A stretch of DNA of 64,000 nt, from assembly GCF_009914755.1 (NCBI RefSeq), contig NC_060931.1; one strand, written 5' to 3'. Position 1 is the first letter of the stretch. Every line of letters begins with the position of its first letter. A program made the position numbers and the translations under genes. This document shows positions 1 to 16,838 of this stretch, piece after piece. This DNA comes from the human T2T-CHM13v2.0 reference genome, Homo sapiens. The notes under the pieces are model-generated. The model did no database searches. It was not told the DNA's origin and saw nothing but the letters and a program-made list of their open reading frames with translations.

Positions 1-399
1 TACCAGCACTACCCCAGAGAAAGGAGTGGGAGTTCTCTACTAATAATGGAGAACTTTAAGTTTTCACCTTCAAATTTCTAAAGCTAAGATATTAAAAATG
101 GGTTTTAATACCTAGGGGCTGGGATGAGAGGTATAGTAAAACTTTCCTTTAAATGCTTGACGAAAAGGTGAGTTGCCAAAAACTAAGTTTTAAAATAGTG
201 ATGAACAACCCACATGTGGCTGCATAGCTTCCCTGTACTGCCTAAAGCTGTCTTCTAGGTTTCCATAATTTAACATTTCAATGATTTTAAAAAAGAAAGG
301 AAGCAGGAATAATGTGACTTTCCAACGGTTTTCACTTTCAGAAATGTTCTCAATATTTTTTATACAATAAATAGTTGTACTCTAAGTTGTAATCCCCAG

Positions 400-880
400 C
401 TGCTAGTTCCATTTGTCCCCCAAAATCACTCCTCACTTTTTACCCATCTCTACCTTCTATCCCCCTACTCCATGTCTGGGGATTCCAACTATCATGAACT
501 GAATCAAAAGGTTTTCTTGTCCTCTGGTTTCATAGGATTTGGCCAATGGAAGGCACAGCAGAGGATAGGGAGGCTGGAAGGGAGTGAGGCCAAGGTATTT
601 GTTTCTTTGGCTTCTTTCTTGTCAGATTGCTTGTGCAGTTGCTGTCCCTCCATCAAAGACCACAGAAAGCACCTATGCTGAGTTCTGGCTATCTTTCCCT
701 TCTCTTGCCTTTAGGCTTAGGGTGGTAGCAGTTTCCAGCTGGGTATTGCTGGGGTGTTAACTTCCTTCTTGGGTACTGCTTACCTTAACACTTTCCAGGC
801 CTTTGTAAATAGACCCTTTAGCAAACTCATCAATTAACCCATTTGCTGTGCCATTTGTTTCCTGCTGGGATCCTGATACA
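400..880 (+). mobile_element. ERVL LTR relic (LTR16-like)
   Basis: TTTGGCCAATGGAAGGCAC ... TGCCATTTGTTTCCTGCTGGGATCCTGATACA; boundaries approximate. Confidence 0.5.
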
Positions 881-1653
881 AAGATTATATAGATACATTT
901 TTTCATGGTAATTTTAATTTTGGATGAAAAAAAAAACCCAGCTCTTAACACACTTTCGCTTTTTTGTCTTGACCCTGTTTCAAAAATGGCTGTTCACCAC
1001 TGCTTTAAAATCATCCCACCAGAGCAGAAACATACCAAATGATCTTAAAAAGAGTTGCTTCCCTCTTTCAAGCCTAGATTGCAACCTAATGGAATGTGCT
1101 GAGCACATTATGAAAGAAGGCATCAAACAGAAAGACCAGTAGTTTGCCTTGGAAACCAAGGAAAAAGGAGAGGCTGAGAGGCAAATGTTGGCAGGGCTGT
1201 CTCATCTCAGGCCTGGTTAGGGAGAGAGTGCCTTTGCCAGACTTCCAACAAGTATTCCCATCTTGTTTTCCAGGCCATGTTTTGGTTGTAGATAATAGTA
1301 AGCTATATAACCCTGTTTTGAGTCCATGGTCACCAGCAACTTTCTAATTATGATTTTTTCTGCCTATATTCTATAATGAGAAAATTTGCATCATCCTGAC
1401 CAGGATCATATGTACAACTAAAACTGTGCTTTCTGATCATTTTCATAAGCTTAATTGTAGCCCGCAAAATGAAACTGCACTTGGAGTATTAACAAGATCA
1501 GATCTCTGTGCCTGCCAGGATGGAAACTGTGGTAAATTTAAATCCCTGACCTCATCTTTGGACACAGGAGTCATTTTTTTCCTACTCTAAACTTTTGCAT
1601 AAACCTACTAAAACCTTATTATAGAATAATCTTAATATTTCTAAAGCTACTTA

Positions 1654-1830
<177 letters not shown>

Positions 1831-1846
1831 TCAGCCTCCTTTAGCG

Positions 1847-2050
1847 CTGTGTAGTGGAAAGAGCACGGCTTCTAAGTCTGGCCGAGTGGGTTTAAGTTCC
1901 ACCTCCAGTTATATTAGTTTGGGTAAATGATAACTTCTCTAAACATTTATACCATGGAAATAATCACTGTAATGCAGAATTGTTTTGACAAAAACCATAT
2001 AAATGTCTAGCACAGTGCCTAGTTCATAGTGGTTCCTCAAATGATAACTG
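1847..2050 (+). mobile_element. MIR
   Basis: GTAGTGGAAAGAGCACGGCT ... TAGCACAGTGCCTAG. Confidence 0.65.
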
Positions 2051-3377
2051 ATATTATTACATATTAATATCTGATGACTCCAATGTTCAACTCCTATTAA
2101 GCATAGTTGTTGTTTCAAAAATACCTAAAATGTCAGGATCTGAATTTAAGTTTGAATTATCTGAATGTGATTTACTACTATTATGTTGTTTCCTGTAACT
2201 AATTGTACTCTGTTAGGTTAAAATTCATGTTTCAGATTCACAAAAGTTGAGTCCCTGAAGTTTACATAGATATACACCAGAAGTCCTTTCCCAAGCTAGA
2301 TCCTGCCAGCCGCCCCTGTATATAATTTATTTTGTACAGTTTCTAATTTGACTTCATGCTATACTTTATTGGCTTCTGAATCCTCCAAAAGAACTATAAT
2401 TGAGTTACTCTCAAATATGAGGGTGTTTTTGGCAAAAGGAAAAATTCAAAGTATTACTAATTTGGATGGTTTAACTTATGTGCTGTGAACATGGTGTTAC
2501 AAAACTTGAGCATTCTGTGAAGCTATTGAATCTTTAAATTATAACCAAGTTCATAATTAGCTTCACCTTTCTATTCTTCCTTAACCCTCCTTGAAGTTAA
2601 AAACAGGTCATCATTAATGGTGCATACATGTTTTATGTCAAACAACAAATGGACACAAAGGTGTAGCTGCATGTTATTTAGTATCATATGAAGTGTGCAT
2701 AACTGAGGAGATGGCATAAATTGAGACTTTCAAAGATATCTGTTCAAATTTGCAAGTGTTCAAAACTACTGTTCCAGTCTGCAAAATTGTAATCTAAGTT
2801 GTGTTCAACTTTGTGTTAAAACATACTCATTTATAAAATCAGGCTGCAGTGGAAATGAGTGGCAAATGGTGCCATTAGGAGTTTCTTGAATTGCTCAACT
2901 ATAAACCACTGAAATAGTCTGTGTTTCTTTATCTTCAGAGTAGGTTGGATCTGGTCCTCATTCAGAGAACAAATGAAATACTTTCCTCTGGAACATACCC
3001 AATAGCAAGTCTCACTTTTGGTTCAGTCTACACACTGCAAAGAAAGGTTTGAGCAATTCCTTAAAGGAATGTTTGTCTTAAGTCACCCAGATAGGTTATT
3101 TATGTTGCCTGCACTGATAACCAAAGACTGTGCAATTCTCTATATCTTTTACGTCTTGGAGACCTATTCTTGTTGTTTGCATAAGATGTAAAAAATATAA
3201 TTCTGTGTCCTAGTCACATCAAAAAGCTACTTATTTTCAGTGACAGAATTGTTGAAAAAAGGCCACCCTTATAGTCATATCATTGTTTGGAGCAGCAGAG
3301 CTTTTATTATCTTTTTGGGACAATAATTCAGCCTTAGGAAAGCACTAGGTTCTTAGCAGGAATCATATGGTTCATTA

Positions 3378-3545
<168 letters not shown>

Positions 3546-4572
3546 CTAGGGCTCTGTCAAAAGTATCCTGAAGGTTACGTTGATAGGCTTTAATTTCCTT
3601 TAAATTAAAAACCAAAGGCATAATCTGTTCAAGACTAGCTTTATGACAAAACTGGTACTTCTGGCTGTGCTAAGTATGGTAGGCAAGTCTTTGTATGCTC
3701 AGGAAGGCTGATCAGCTAAGGGCAAGAACTGTGGCCTGGGAACCAAGGGCCTGGTTCTATTCCCAGCCTGCCACCAGGCAGTTACATGACTGGCCTTAGT
3801 CACAACCCCTTTGTGGCCTGGCTTTCTTCACAAGGCAGAGTCCTAAAAGAAAGGATTAGGCTGTGATTTCTAAGGGCCTATTGGAGCTGCCAATTATTTC
3901 CTCCCTGAGTATAACTTCTTATAAAAGCTGTCCACCCACAATGGGAAGGAGATCCCAATTGTCAACAACATGAGCATGCTTTAAATCCGTGATTAAATCA
4001 GAGTCAGACATCTGACTAATCTGGGTCAATCAGATTTGGTTTCCTGGCCCTGGACACAAGTTTGAACCGTGAGGCCCTGGGGCTTCAGAGGCTGATGTCA
4101 CATTGGGTATGTGTAAGAAGCTGGTCTGAATATACAGCATCCGAGGAATGGAAAAGATGTATAGGAAGACTCAGATATTAGAGCCTGTGGCTGTAAGAGC
4201 CAGTTACACACAAACTGCCTGTATTTCTTGCACTTTGGAGTGTCCTTATATCAAATCGCTTTTACCCAAACCAGCCAGAGCAGTTCTCTGATTCTTACAG
4301 CCAAACCACCCTTGACAAATGTTGATTGTCTGTGACTTAGCTATTTAGTCTAAATCTTAGTTCTGTAGTTGAGTCATCTAAACCAACAGCACATGGAGCA
4401 TAAGATCTTAATTTTAGGTTTTTAACAGCTTTAAGACTTTTTTTTTTACCTCAGTTCTTAGCTTCTGCAATGAGCTGAAAGGAAGATATGTGATGCTTGA
4501 GACTGAATAACCATAGATTTTTCATTTGTAATAAAGATATAACAGATAGCAATTACAAGAATAGAGAAAAAT

Positions 4573-4800
4573 TACTGAGCTTTTACTATGTCCAAGTATT
4601 ACCTCATTCACCAATATGATCTCATTTAGCCTCACAACCTTGAAAGGGAAATAGTATTCCTATTTACACAGATGAGAGAACCGAGGCACAGAGAAGTTAA
4701 CTGAATTGCCTTAAGTTCTAAAGTTAATAAGTAGCAAAGCAAGAATTCCAACTGAGACTATCTGATGTGGAGTCCATGTTCCTAAGCCATAATGCTATTC
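4573..4800 (-). mobile_element. MIR
   Basis: ACAGATGAGAGAACCGAGGCACAGAGAAGTTAA core. Confidence 0.7.
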
Positions 4801-6389
4801 TGCTACCCCTGCTGTGTAATTTACACAAGGAGAAACCAGTAATGACTTGACACTCCTCTTGACATTCTAGTCATGGATCAACTCCCTTGCGGGTTAGCTG
4901 TGGCACAGAGGGCCCTTAATCTCAGTGACCAGACAAGCCCTGGGTCAAGATGGTTATGAGGCAGTCTTCCCTCCCCACTCCCTGCCCAGTAACCAACACC
5001 CTCACTACCAAGCCCTTTTTGGAAAATTGGGATGGGAATACCTCAAACCCTGTTGTACTTTAATGATGATGAAACTGTACCCAGGTAAATGAGAGTGTTT
5101 CTTTTTAAATAAACAGTGATTTGGGGTTTTTCTAGAACCTTCTTTCCGACTCTTAAGCAAGTGCTGACTGAGTAAACAATATTAAACTATGATTGAACTG
5201 CTGATATTAACATTTAAAACATTTTTAATCTTTCATATTTAAAATCTTTCATATTTCATATTTAATCTTTCATATTTCATAACCCTATTAGGTTAAAGTA
5301 GCTACTAAAAAAATTTAAACTGGCCAGTCTGAGTTATTCAATCTCTGATGCTTAGAATAACAGGGTTTTAGCTGGAAGGAACTTGGGGCAGTATCTGGTA
5401 CAATTTCTCATTTTACTAAGGTAGGACATGAGGACTAGAGAAGTTGGGGATCTTCTCCAGCCTCACACACTGTGAATAGCAAGACCAAAGCTAATAACCC
5501 AAGATTTTGTTTTGTTTCAATACTGCTCAATTCTACCTGCTCTACTCTGACAAAATTCTAACAATTAATGGAGCTAAGACTATTAACTAGATTCAAGATG
5601 TTTTCTATCATGTAACTTGTCTAAGAAAAGTTTATTTTCATTCCATCCAACTGACCATTCTCCCATATGAAATGTGGAAAGAAGCAGGATTGAGGGGCAG
5701 GGGAGGAAACAGAGCTACACAGTGTTTCTTCAGCAGTTAGTTGAGACACTCAGAAGTCAAGGAAATAATGCCCTAAAGTACCCACAGCCAGCAGCCAAGA
5801 GAATCTTCAAGAACTCTAGACACCCAGGGGTTCCCAAGTCCTGGGAACCACATATTGTCCTAGCAAGCTCCAAGTCTTGGAGAGGATGCAGCGTGAAAAT
5901 GAGGAGAGTGAATTCTGATGGAAACCTGGAGATACTATTATACCTAACGCTGCATGCAGCGGCAGCTGATGCTGATTACAAGAGGACAAGAAAGGATTTC
6001 ACCAGACATAATTGGTTTAGTGGAAACATGGTTGGTCCGAATGTTAATCTTCCCTCTTAATATGGTGCCTCTGAAGCTAGTCACTCACCCAGTCTCTGAC
6101 GCCTTCTTCCCTATAGAGATACTGTCTGTTCCACTTCTCATAACTAGTTAAGGTCAGTTGCAGTAATGCTTGTAAAAGGGCTTTGTAAAGTGCAATGCTA
6201 TAAAACCTATATCACAATTTATATTTATTATCTGCTTCACTTCCTCATGTTTCAATAAAGGATAATAATTACATAAATAAGACTAAAAATGTTCATGGTT
6301 ATAATCTACATGTGAACATTTCAGTGCATGTACTTGTAAATAAAATGTTTATGTGTAGATTTAGACACTTAAACACATATAAAGAGACC

Positions 6390-6600
6390 ATATAGTAGAG
6401 GTAAGAGCTTTGAAACTAGACCTGAACTTAAATCCCAGCCAAATCTCTAACTTCTGTTTGAATCTCAGGTTCTGTATTTCTGAAATTGGGATAACAATAG
6501 TGCCTGCCTTATAGGATTATTGTGAAGATGTAATAAATTGGTGCATATAAATATGTAGCACAATAACTGGCACGTAGTAAGGCTCAAGTAAATGTTAAGC
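6390..6600 (+). mobile_element. MIR
   Basis: AAATTGGGATAACAATAG ... TGGCACGTAGTAAGGCTCAA. Confidence 0.7.
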
Positions 6601-6639
6601 CCAATTGCCATTATAGTGAGAACCACAAAATTGAGGCAT

Positions 6640-6658
6640 TACTGCCATCTGGTGGCTG
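6640..6658 (-). promoter_or_regulatory. Candidate CTCF site
   Basis: minus strand CAGCCACCAGATGGCAGTA fits the CTCF core CCACCAG(G/A)(G/T)GGC(G/A). Confidence 0.6.
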
Positions 6659-7077
6659 CCATCTTAATTATAGAAATCACAGCCAAAAAGAAGAGGATCT
6701 CTTAAATGCCAGCACATGTCCGACCCTGAACAATTCACTTACAGTCTTCTGCATGAAGGTTTGTGAAACAGGGATGACATTTGTCCAAACAGTAGCATTT
6801 GGACATGAAGTAAAATGAAATGCACTTTGAATATTCAGAAGTTCTTTATCATAACTATGTTAAGTGCTTTCTATAGGCTCAACGTTTTATGTTAATCACC
6901 TTATATTTAAGTTCTAGACATTAATACAGTAAAATATTTCATACACAATTGACAATTATTAGTTGTAGTGGGCACAAACATTTAATTATTAAAGCCTGCA
7001 TATCATGATAAATAATTCAAATAAAACACATGTCTAAAAACAACACTTAACACCAATTGAAATCTTATTTGACCTAC

Positions 7078-7281
7078 CTTTCCAGCAGCTTCCAGTTCTT
7101 TTTTATCTCTTTTGGCATTTCCAGCCAACAATTTCATTTCAACAATTCCTGACACAGCAATAATTGGAACAACTGCTAATAGCAATAGGGTTAACTGCCA
7201 ACCGTAGATAAATGATATGATAATACCAGTTCCAAGGTTAGCTATATTCTGTGCAATTAAAGCCAACCTGGTTCCTGTGGC
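7078..7281 (-). CDS. ABCB4: ABCB4 exon 21 (204 nt), TM9-10
   Basis: CCCAG / GTAGGT; [68 protein letters not shown]. Confidence 0.98.
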
Positions 7282-7759
7282 CTGGGAGAGAAAAAGCACA
7301 AAGCAACTGTAGTTTTAAGCTCCAAATGCATGCGCTCCAGCCTTAGCCTCTTGGTCAGAATGATGAGTGGGTTCTATGCCTGAGCTACATTGGCTTACTT
7401 TCATTACAATAAACCCACAACACCTGTGCTTAACTCATGAGGCTCTGCAGACATTTCTTCATTGTGCCTTTACACTCTCATTCCTCTCCTGCCCACCTGA
7501 ACCAACATTCTAGAACCAAGTAATCAACTTCTCTGCTTTGTGGATGGGCACTGGGGGTGCATGTATTTTTTCATAGATGCAATGTTCAAAGAGGAAACTA
7601 ACTCCAATGTACCTGGGTAATTTTAAAGACCATTTAATTCAAAAGTGTAAAAGGGAAAGAGACCATCTGTTGTTACAAAGGGTACGTGTCCTAAGAGACA
7701 TCCACCACAAAGCACATATAAGGATGAATTAGTGTTGTACCACTCAGAAAACAAAGGTG

Positions 7760-8386
<627 letters not shown>

Positions 8387-9552
8387 CTATGGCATAAAAT
8401 ACACGTTTATGTTAGTTCAAAATTAAAACAAGCAAAGAAAACCAGACAAAGCCTCCCAAAGCTCCAATGCTGAGGAAATTTAGGGGAGACCTCATATGCA
8501 GTGTAGAGTCCCTGGCCTTGCTCTGAGCACACACCCCCAGAATCTAGCAGAACCCAGCTTCCTGACTGCTCTGTGGTAGCAGGGAGGGCATCTCTGGTCT
8601 AGGGGGGCAGGGCTCACCCAGATGGCTGCCATGCTCCTTGCCAGCTCCTCCCAAGGCTGGGAGGCTGGTAGGCATTCCATTCACCCAATCATCAGGTCTT
8701 TCACTATGGACACTTCTGCCCTGATATGGTGTTGTCTCTCATAAAGGGTGGTGGAGCTGTCTTGGACATGTTGTTCTGATAGATTCTAGGCAGGAGAAAA
8801 TAAGCACTGGTTTCTCACCAAGCTTTTGTTTGATTTTTTGTTAAACACTGATTGAAAGTGTGTCTGATCTCCAGTTAGCCACAGGGATAAAAAAAGAAGC
8901 ATGTCTGAGACTTAATTTTAATTGTAAGCTACTCATCCATGGCATCTTTTACCTTCACATAAAATAATTTTTCCTGCATGGCAAGAGTTTAGGAGATACT
9001 GAAATAGGATTTGTAGACAGATTTAATCAGAATATACTACCTACTATGTGCCCATTTGTGAACAGAAATGTAATCAGTTCCTGTCAATTGAATGGATAAT
9101 ATTCTGGCCCTCTCTTAGGCATTTTCTATAAAAATAGATAATTCATGTTTGCATATTTTCCTATGTCAGGCACTAGAATGTGAACTTACGAGGAGAGCAA
9201 ATAATGGATTATACAGTACCAGCCACCAGCACAGTGTCTGGTACATGATAAGTAATGTTTGAATAAACAAACAAGTGAATTAATGTGAAAATAGACCTCA
9301 AATAAGAAATAAACAAAACTCAATTATTAACATTTGAGGATACCTACAGTTAGTATGGTAGATTGTGGTACATGAGATTAAATGCTATCAACTAGGTTTT
9401 TCTTGGTTTAAAGACATCCTGGAGTCTCAATGGACTCACCAGGGCCTGCACAGGATCCAGAAAAGAGATACAGGTCTTCGAAATGATAGTGTCTACATGG
9501 AGAGAGATATTTACAGAATAAGCCAAAGCTACCCAAATAAAGCCTATTTCTA

Positions 9553-9876
<324 letters not shown>

Positions 9877-9883
9877 TTATGTA

Positions 9884-10369
9884 TGTAATTGCACCAGACC
9901 AATCATGTTCAACTTTTATGTAGCAAAGTTATGAGTTGTTTTACAGTTGCCACGGATCCTCAAGTCATGTTAATAACCTGAGCAGCCCCAGATGAATCAA
10001 GCATGCAACCATAGCAGGAACCTAAGTGCTCCGAAACAAGAATCAGGGACTGAATTAAGAAGCAGACACCACATGGCAGGATGCAGGATTCAATCAGATT
10101 GAGCTCTGACACCACCCCATGGCAGGATCCAGTCAGATGGTGCTTCCCGGCATCACTTCATTGCAAGATCCAATCAGATCACACTTCATTACCATACGCT
10201 TATAAAACCTGACCCAGCCTCCAGCTTGGGGAGATACTGCTTTGGGAACTAAGCTCTGTGAGCTTCTCACTTGTGACAAGTTATAAAATTCCTTTGCTAA
10301 ATCCTCCTTGATGTGGTCATTGGGTTGAAACCCACCAAGTGACCAAACCTGCCCGTTGTGTGGGTAACA
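9884..10369 (+). mobile_element. Solo ERV LTR (LTR47-like)
   Basis: TG...CA termini, repeated GGATCCA(A/G)TCAGAT units, TATAAAA at 10201-10207; family from memory; no clear TSD. Confidence 0.8.
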
Positions 10370-11849
10370 GTTGCTAGTATTCTGACACAGGTGCCTATAT
10401 TCACATTGATTTTACATTATTTGTATGTTAACTATTTAAATAACAAAAGTCCAGGACCAAATACGAATTCAAAGCCCCCACGTCAAATTCATGTACTGCA
10501 AAATCATCAGTATGCATTACAATCAAAGGCCAAAAATCTTAAAGGTGTCCAGTTCTGGCTTCTAAACCATTCTAAATAGGTTTATTTTTCAAAACTTTGA
10601 AGGACAACATCTCAGTGACAAAGATACTGTGTTTAACTACAAAATTCAGTGTGTTCCTACTACTTCCAATAAACCAGTTAAATACAGAAGTAACAAAGTC
10701 CTACACACGAATTCATTTTGGCTCATGCAGTGTAAAGGAAGGATGACCTTAGAAACAAGATCCAAATGAGTATGCTGGTTCCTGGTCACAGCTCCACCTG
10801 CACTCAGATTGGGGAACAATCAGGGTACTCTTCCTTCCCCAGCCTCTTTGGGACAATTTCCTACTTTCTAATTACCACATCCAAACTGGAGAGGAGTCCA
10901 GATATCCAGAAGTGGGCTTACTTCTGGGACGTGTGAGTCTCCAGCCACAGTGTGAGTGTTGGGGTAGCCGTGCCGAGGGCACACGGGGGAGTGCACATCA
11001 GAACTGTTTACTAAGCCAGGGGGATAGATGATCAGTGCACCCAGTGAATCGGCCCCAGGTGTTCCTTGTCCAGGACCAGACTGCCCTCCCCCTCCATTTG
11101 CTGGCGGATTGCTACAGGTTCTATGCATCAGCCCACTGTTCCTGCGGCCCCTGAAACACATTTTCTAGCTGCACTCCCTAGCATGCCAGGGACTGGGGCT
11201 GGATCAAATCATTGAGTTGTGTCTAGTAGGGCAATGATTTCTAAATAAAAAACTTGGTTTACTTTGCCATTGGTTCAACAATAATAAAAGAGAAGCATGC
11301 TGGCATGACTAGGAAACACTATTTTGCTGACTTGATGGATTGTATTATATTCGAAAGGCCTATGTGGTGCCCACTGGGTTAAAGAGACAAAAGAAATTAC
11401 AGAGAAGTCTAACTGGGTAGAAAAGTACAATTAGAGAGTTTGACTAGTTTATTTTGGCCAGGTCTACAACGTTAGAATGCAAAATATTATGTTCTTTCAA
11501 ATAGTTCATCAATTAAGTAGGAAAAGATCAGAGAAGTTACTTGATATTCTATAAAGAGTAACAACAGAAAAGAGAATGCTATTGGACTGTACTTTCCCAG
11601 TTCCCAACCTGTTGAATTTAAGTTACTCTTATGTTCTGCAGTAAACTGAGGTCTCTTGTCCTTGGTAATGAATGTCTGCTGAGGGCAAACTTGTAATGTA
11701 ATATAAGTTAGGACACAGGGAAGTCACACTTCCCCCTGATAAGGAGTCTACCCTCCAGCAGAGCCTTATGCCAATCATGTTTGCAATTTATTTCACTGTA
11801 AGAATTTGGAAGCTCCATTAGGTTTAATTTAATTTCTCTAATTAAATTA

Positions 11850-11990
<141 letters not shown>

Positions 11991-12104
11991 CTACAAAAGA
12001 ATATTTAAAACGCCCACTTGGATTACATAACTGATCCTTCTTCATTCCTCTCATAAATAGTGGCTTGAGTGTCACATGTTTAAAACTAGGCTTCAAATAT
12101 GTAG

Positions 12105-12345
12105 GGTTTTGGTAATTGTGGTAAAATATACATAACACAAAATTTACCATTTTAACCATTTTTAAGTGTATAATTCAGTGGCGTTAAGTACAGTCACATT
12201 GTTGTGCAACCTTCACCAGTATCCATCTACAGAACTTTTCGCCTTCCCAAACTTCCCAAACTTGATACCATTACACTGACTCCCCATTCCCTCCTCCTCC
12301 CAGCTCCTGGTAATCTCTATTCTACTTTCTGACTGCATGGTTGTT
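12105..12345 (-). mobile_element. L1MB-like 3' end
   Basis: AATTTACCATTTTAACCATTTTTAAGTGTATAATTCAGTGG. Confidence 0.75.
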
Positions 12346-12489
12346 AACATAGGTTGACATACTGCATATGGACTGTGAGTGGTTGCACATTTTAGCATTT
12401 GTTCCTCTTCCTATATGTCCCTTGCTCCCTGTGACTCCTCCCTGTCCCAGCCCTCCACTTCTCATTCCATCAGGCTTCCACCCAGAGGG

Positions 12490-12740
12490 GCCTTTCCTGA
12501 GCATCCTATCTGAAACAGCACCCCCAGCTAACACCTCTCTATTACCCTACCCATCTTTTAAAACTCTTGTTATCCCTCAACATGTTACATGTTTGTGGGG
12601 TTATTTTTTTGTTTGTCCATTGCATGTCTTCCCCGACAGAAACCGCTGTTTGAGGGCACAACTTGGTTTATTTGTGTACCACTGTATCTCCAGTGCCTGG
12701 AGCAGCACTAGGCAGATAGATGCCCCAAAATATATAGTCC
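12490..12740 (+). mobile_element. L2 3' relic
   Basis: CACTGTATCTCCAGTGCCTGG; approximate. Confidence 0.55.
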
Positions 12741-13139
12741 ACATTGCCTTGAATTGCAAGAGAGCCAGAGCTTGCTTTGTTTTGAAACTTTAAAAGATTT
12801 GGAGGAGGATCTTTTCTAATTTATTTATTTTTTGGCTTGTGGTCTTAATTGTGGATCGATGTCCAACATCACAAAAATAATAAACTCGTAACATGATGGA
12901 GAATTATTTATCCTCAACAACAAAGTCTCTCCAATAACATTAGAGCTTGACTGAAATTGTAGAATATGAATTCTGGATTTCATGGAATTGATGGAGGCTT
13001 TATATTTGTGATAACTTCCTTTAAATATCCCCCAATTAATTGAATGATTGGCTAGTATGTTTTCTTTCTTAGTCTTGGACTCCCCAAGCCTTGGAAGGAT
13101 TGCTAAAATGGGGTGGCTATCGCTTTTTGAATACTTACT

Positions 13140-13325
13140 ACAAGGCACACACTCTTAAATGCTTTCCAGATAGTTACCTATATAATCTCTTAATCCTCAG
13201 CCATGTTATGAGGTAGATTTATTGTATAGATGAAGAAACTGAGGTACCGAGAGCTATTGAGTGGTGAGGCCAGTCTATACCCAGTGCCTGGACTCTTATT
13301 AAACTCTATGACTTTAACCCCTCCC
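13140..13325 (-). mobile_element. MIR
   Basis: ATAGATGAAGAAACTGAGG core. Confidence 0.6.
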
Positions 13326-13637
13326 TGCTCCACTCTCTCTCCACCTCACTGTGCGACTTGTACCAGCTTTTCTACACAAACAGATTGGGGATCATTGTCT
13401 GACACCAGTTTCACCAAATGAAGAGAGCTCATTAGAATGCCTTCTTCATTGATTTTACATTTTATAATTTCATTAATATCATAACTTAGAGTGATTCAAA
13501 GGCTACTTATCTTTTCCCTCACAGCTTTTCTCAAAAGGGATTTAAGGACTTTGGCTTAGTTTAATTTAAGGCTGCTTAATCCCAGAATGGAGCCAGTCGG
13601 TGAGGTTGGGAGAAGCAGCAGCTGATGAATTGATCTA

Positions 13638-13817
<180 letters not shown>

Positions 13818-15440
13818 CTAGAACATATAAACATCAGGGCAAACTGGTGATGACACAACAGTTACCAGAGTCTGTAGACATAGAAAAGGCATGGCCATTG
13901 CCCTCAAGGGACTCGCAAACTAGGTGCAGAGAATGACAAGCAAACTACTAGAGAGTAGGACAGTATATTATAACATGTTAACAATGTTTACTGATTACAC
14001 ATCATAAGCTGAGTATGGGTTGTTCGGCCAAGAAATAACCTTCATGGGATGCTTAGCCCGTCCCTATTCTGGCCTCAGCAGACTGCGAGGTAGCAGGATC
14101 TGGGCACAAATACCTTGGCATCCAGCTCTGGAGTTACACAACACTGTATTGGTGTGACAGTCATGGCTGGACCACATAAGCCGAGCTGCAGTTTTCTCAT
14201 ATATTATGATACAGTCCTGCCTCTCTAACAGGGATGATATCTGGGTCAAATGAGACAATACACCTGAGTAGATGGATAAACATCTTTGCAAATGTAGGAA
14301 ACCATTACTAACTGGAGAACATGGGCTTGGCCTCCTCACCCCAAAACCTTGCCTTTTCTGTACCATATTTCCAACTCACAAAACCAAATTAATTACATTC
14401 CTTTTCTCTTACCACACTTTTCCCTGTGCAGACTTCTCTTATTTCATAGCTTAGCTTGTCTGTGATTTTTTTGTTTACATATTTCCATTTCTAGTATGTA
14501 ACTTTTTTTAAGGTAAAGATTATGTCTTTATATTCCTAGAAAGTAGTCCAATTCCTGGCACATATAAGATTCTCAGCAAATGTTTAATTAAATGTCTGGC
14601 CAAGCATGCAGGATTTAGGTCTCATAAAGAATGTTTTGATGATAGAAGCAGTTTAACATTAAACTTGAGACAGAGGTGACTATGGAATCCCAAAAGCTTG
14701 AGGTCACTGAGAAAGGTTATATTTATATCTCTATAAAACAGAGAATATAGAAGTAGGTTCTACTGAGCCTTCTTTCAAATTACCCATTTTTTCTGTATTT
14801 CAGGGTTTTTTTTTTTCCTCCCTAGTTAACATTATCTTTAAGTCCCTATCTCCAGCATAATGAATGAATCTTTTTCTTTGGTTACTGCTCTTCAGCACAC
14901 AAACAGGTCCCTCTAATCAGACTTAATCTCTCCCTCTCCTTTGGCATGTTGTTTTCTCCCTATGATGGTACTTGGGACAATCTTGTTGATTGCAGCATTT
15001 CCTGCCTCCCCCTCTTCTCTGTGCATTTCTTCAAGAGACGTGCTCCTATAAAATACTGGAGTTTAAAGAGATAGCAAAATAACTCTCAAAATAAATGAGG
15101 AAATGAAAAGTGGATAATTTCATAGCCAAAAGAGGGGAAATTGCTTATCTGACTTATAATAATGACGCTCCAAAATGGTACAATTGTTATTCTTCTTTCT
15201 ATAAATATACCAAGATTAAGACCTCTAAGAGAGTCCTTGTAATTTCTGCAGTAATAGCATGCACAGATAAAAACAGATGCAATAAATTATTGGTAGAATT
15301 AGTTTTCTCAGGCCAACACAAGAGTAAAAATAAACTCAGTCTTCATTAACAAATAACATCAAAATATATCAAAACTATATCTTGAAATAAGGAAATCTTT
15401 TTTTGGAATGGATTCCCTCTGTATAATAAAATTATTTGTT

Positions 15441-15668
<228 letters not shown>

Positions 15669-15719
15669 AATAAAATTATTTGTTAACTGGAGTTAATAAT
15701 CTCCTAAATCCAACGTTGC

Positions 15720-16182
15720 TATTTCTCACCATTCTCCTCTTTTTCTAAGTAAGAGAATTCCAATCTAATTTAGAATGTCAATGCATACAGCAAAAAAAAA
15801 AAATTGAATTTTCCATACTCATTGCTAAGTATGGCCATGTGATCGAATTATGACCAATGACTTATAAGTAATAGTATTGTGTGGGAATTCTGGAAAACCT
15901 CTTTGTTTCTTCCTGTTGCTTGGACCACAGATGTGATAGGTAGGGCTTCAGGAGCCACCTTAGATCATAAGTGACCCTGAGGATGGAAACCTGATGCCAG
16001 GGTAGTGCAGATAAAGATGAAGGGAGCTTGTGTCTATGGGGACTGTGGAGCTACTGTTCTAGCCCTGGGTTTTTCACCTCTAAGATTTTGGCATGTGAAA
16101 CAGAAATAAAAACTCTTAATTTGCTTAAACGGATGCTATTCTGGGTTTCCTAATATAGATAATCAAATGTAATCCTACCCAA
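15720..16182. mobile_element. ERVL LTR relic (LTR33-like)
   Basis: GGCCATGTGA...CCAATGA and AGAAATAAAAACT motifs; approximate. Confidence 0.5.
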
Positions 16183-16229
16183 TAGAGTATGCAAATATCA
16201 GGGCCTCTCGTTTTGGACCAGTCTTATTA

Positions 16230-16838
<609 letters not shown>

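Noticed and set aside
5221-5280. Short AATCTTTCATATTT tandem units
   Set aside because: Low-complexity slippage; no spacers, not CRISPR-like
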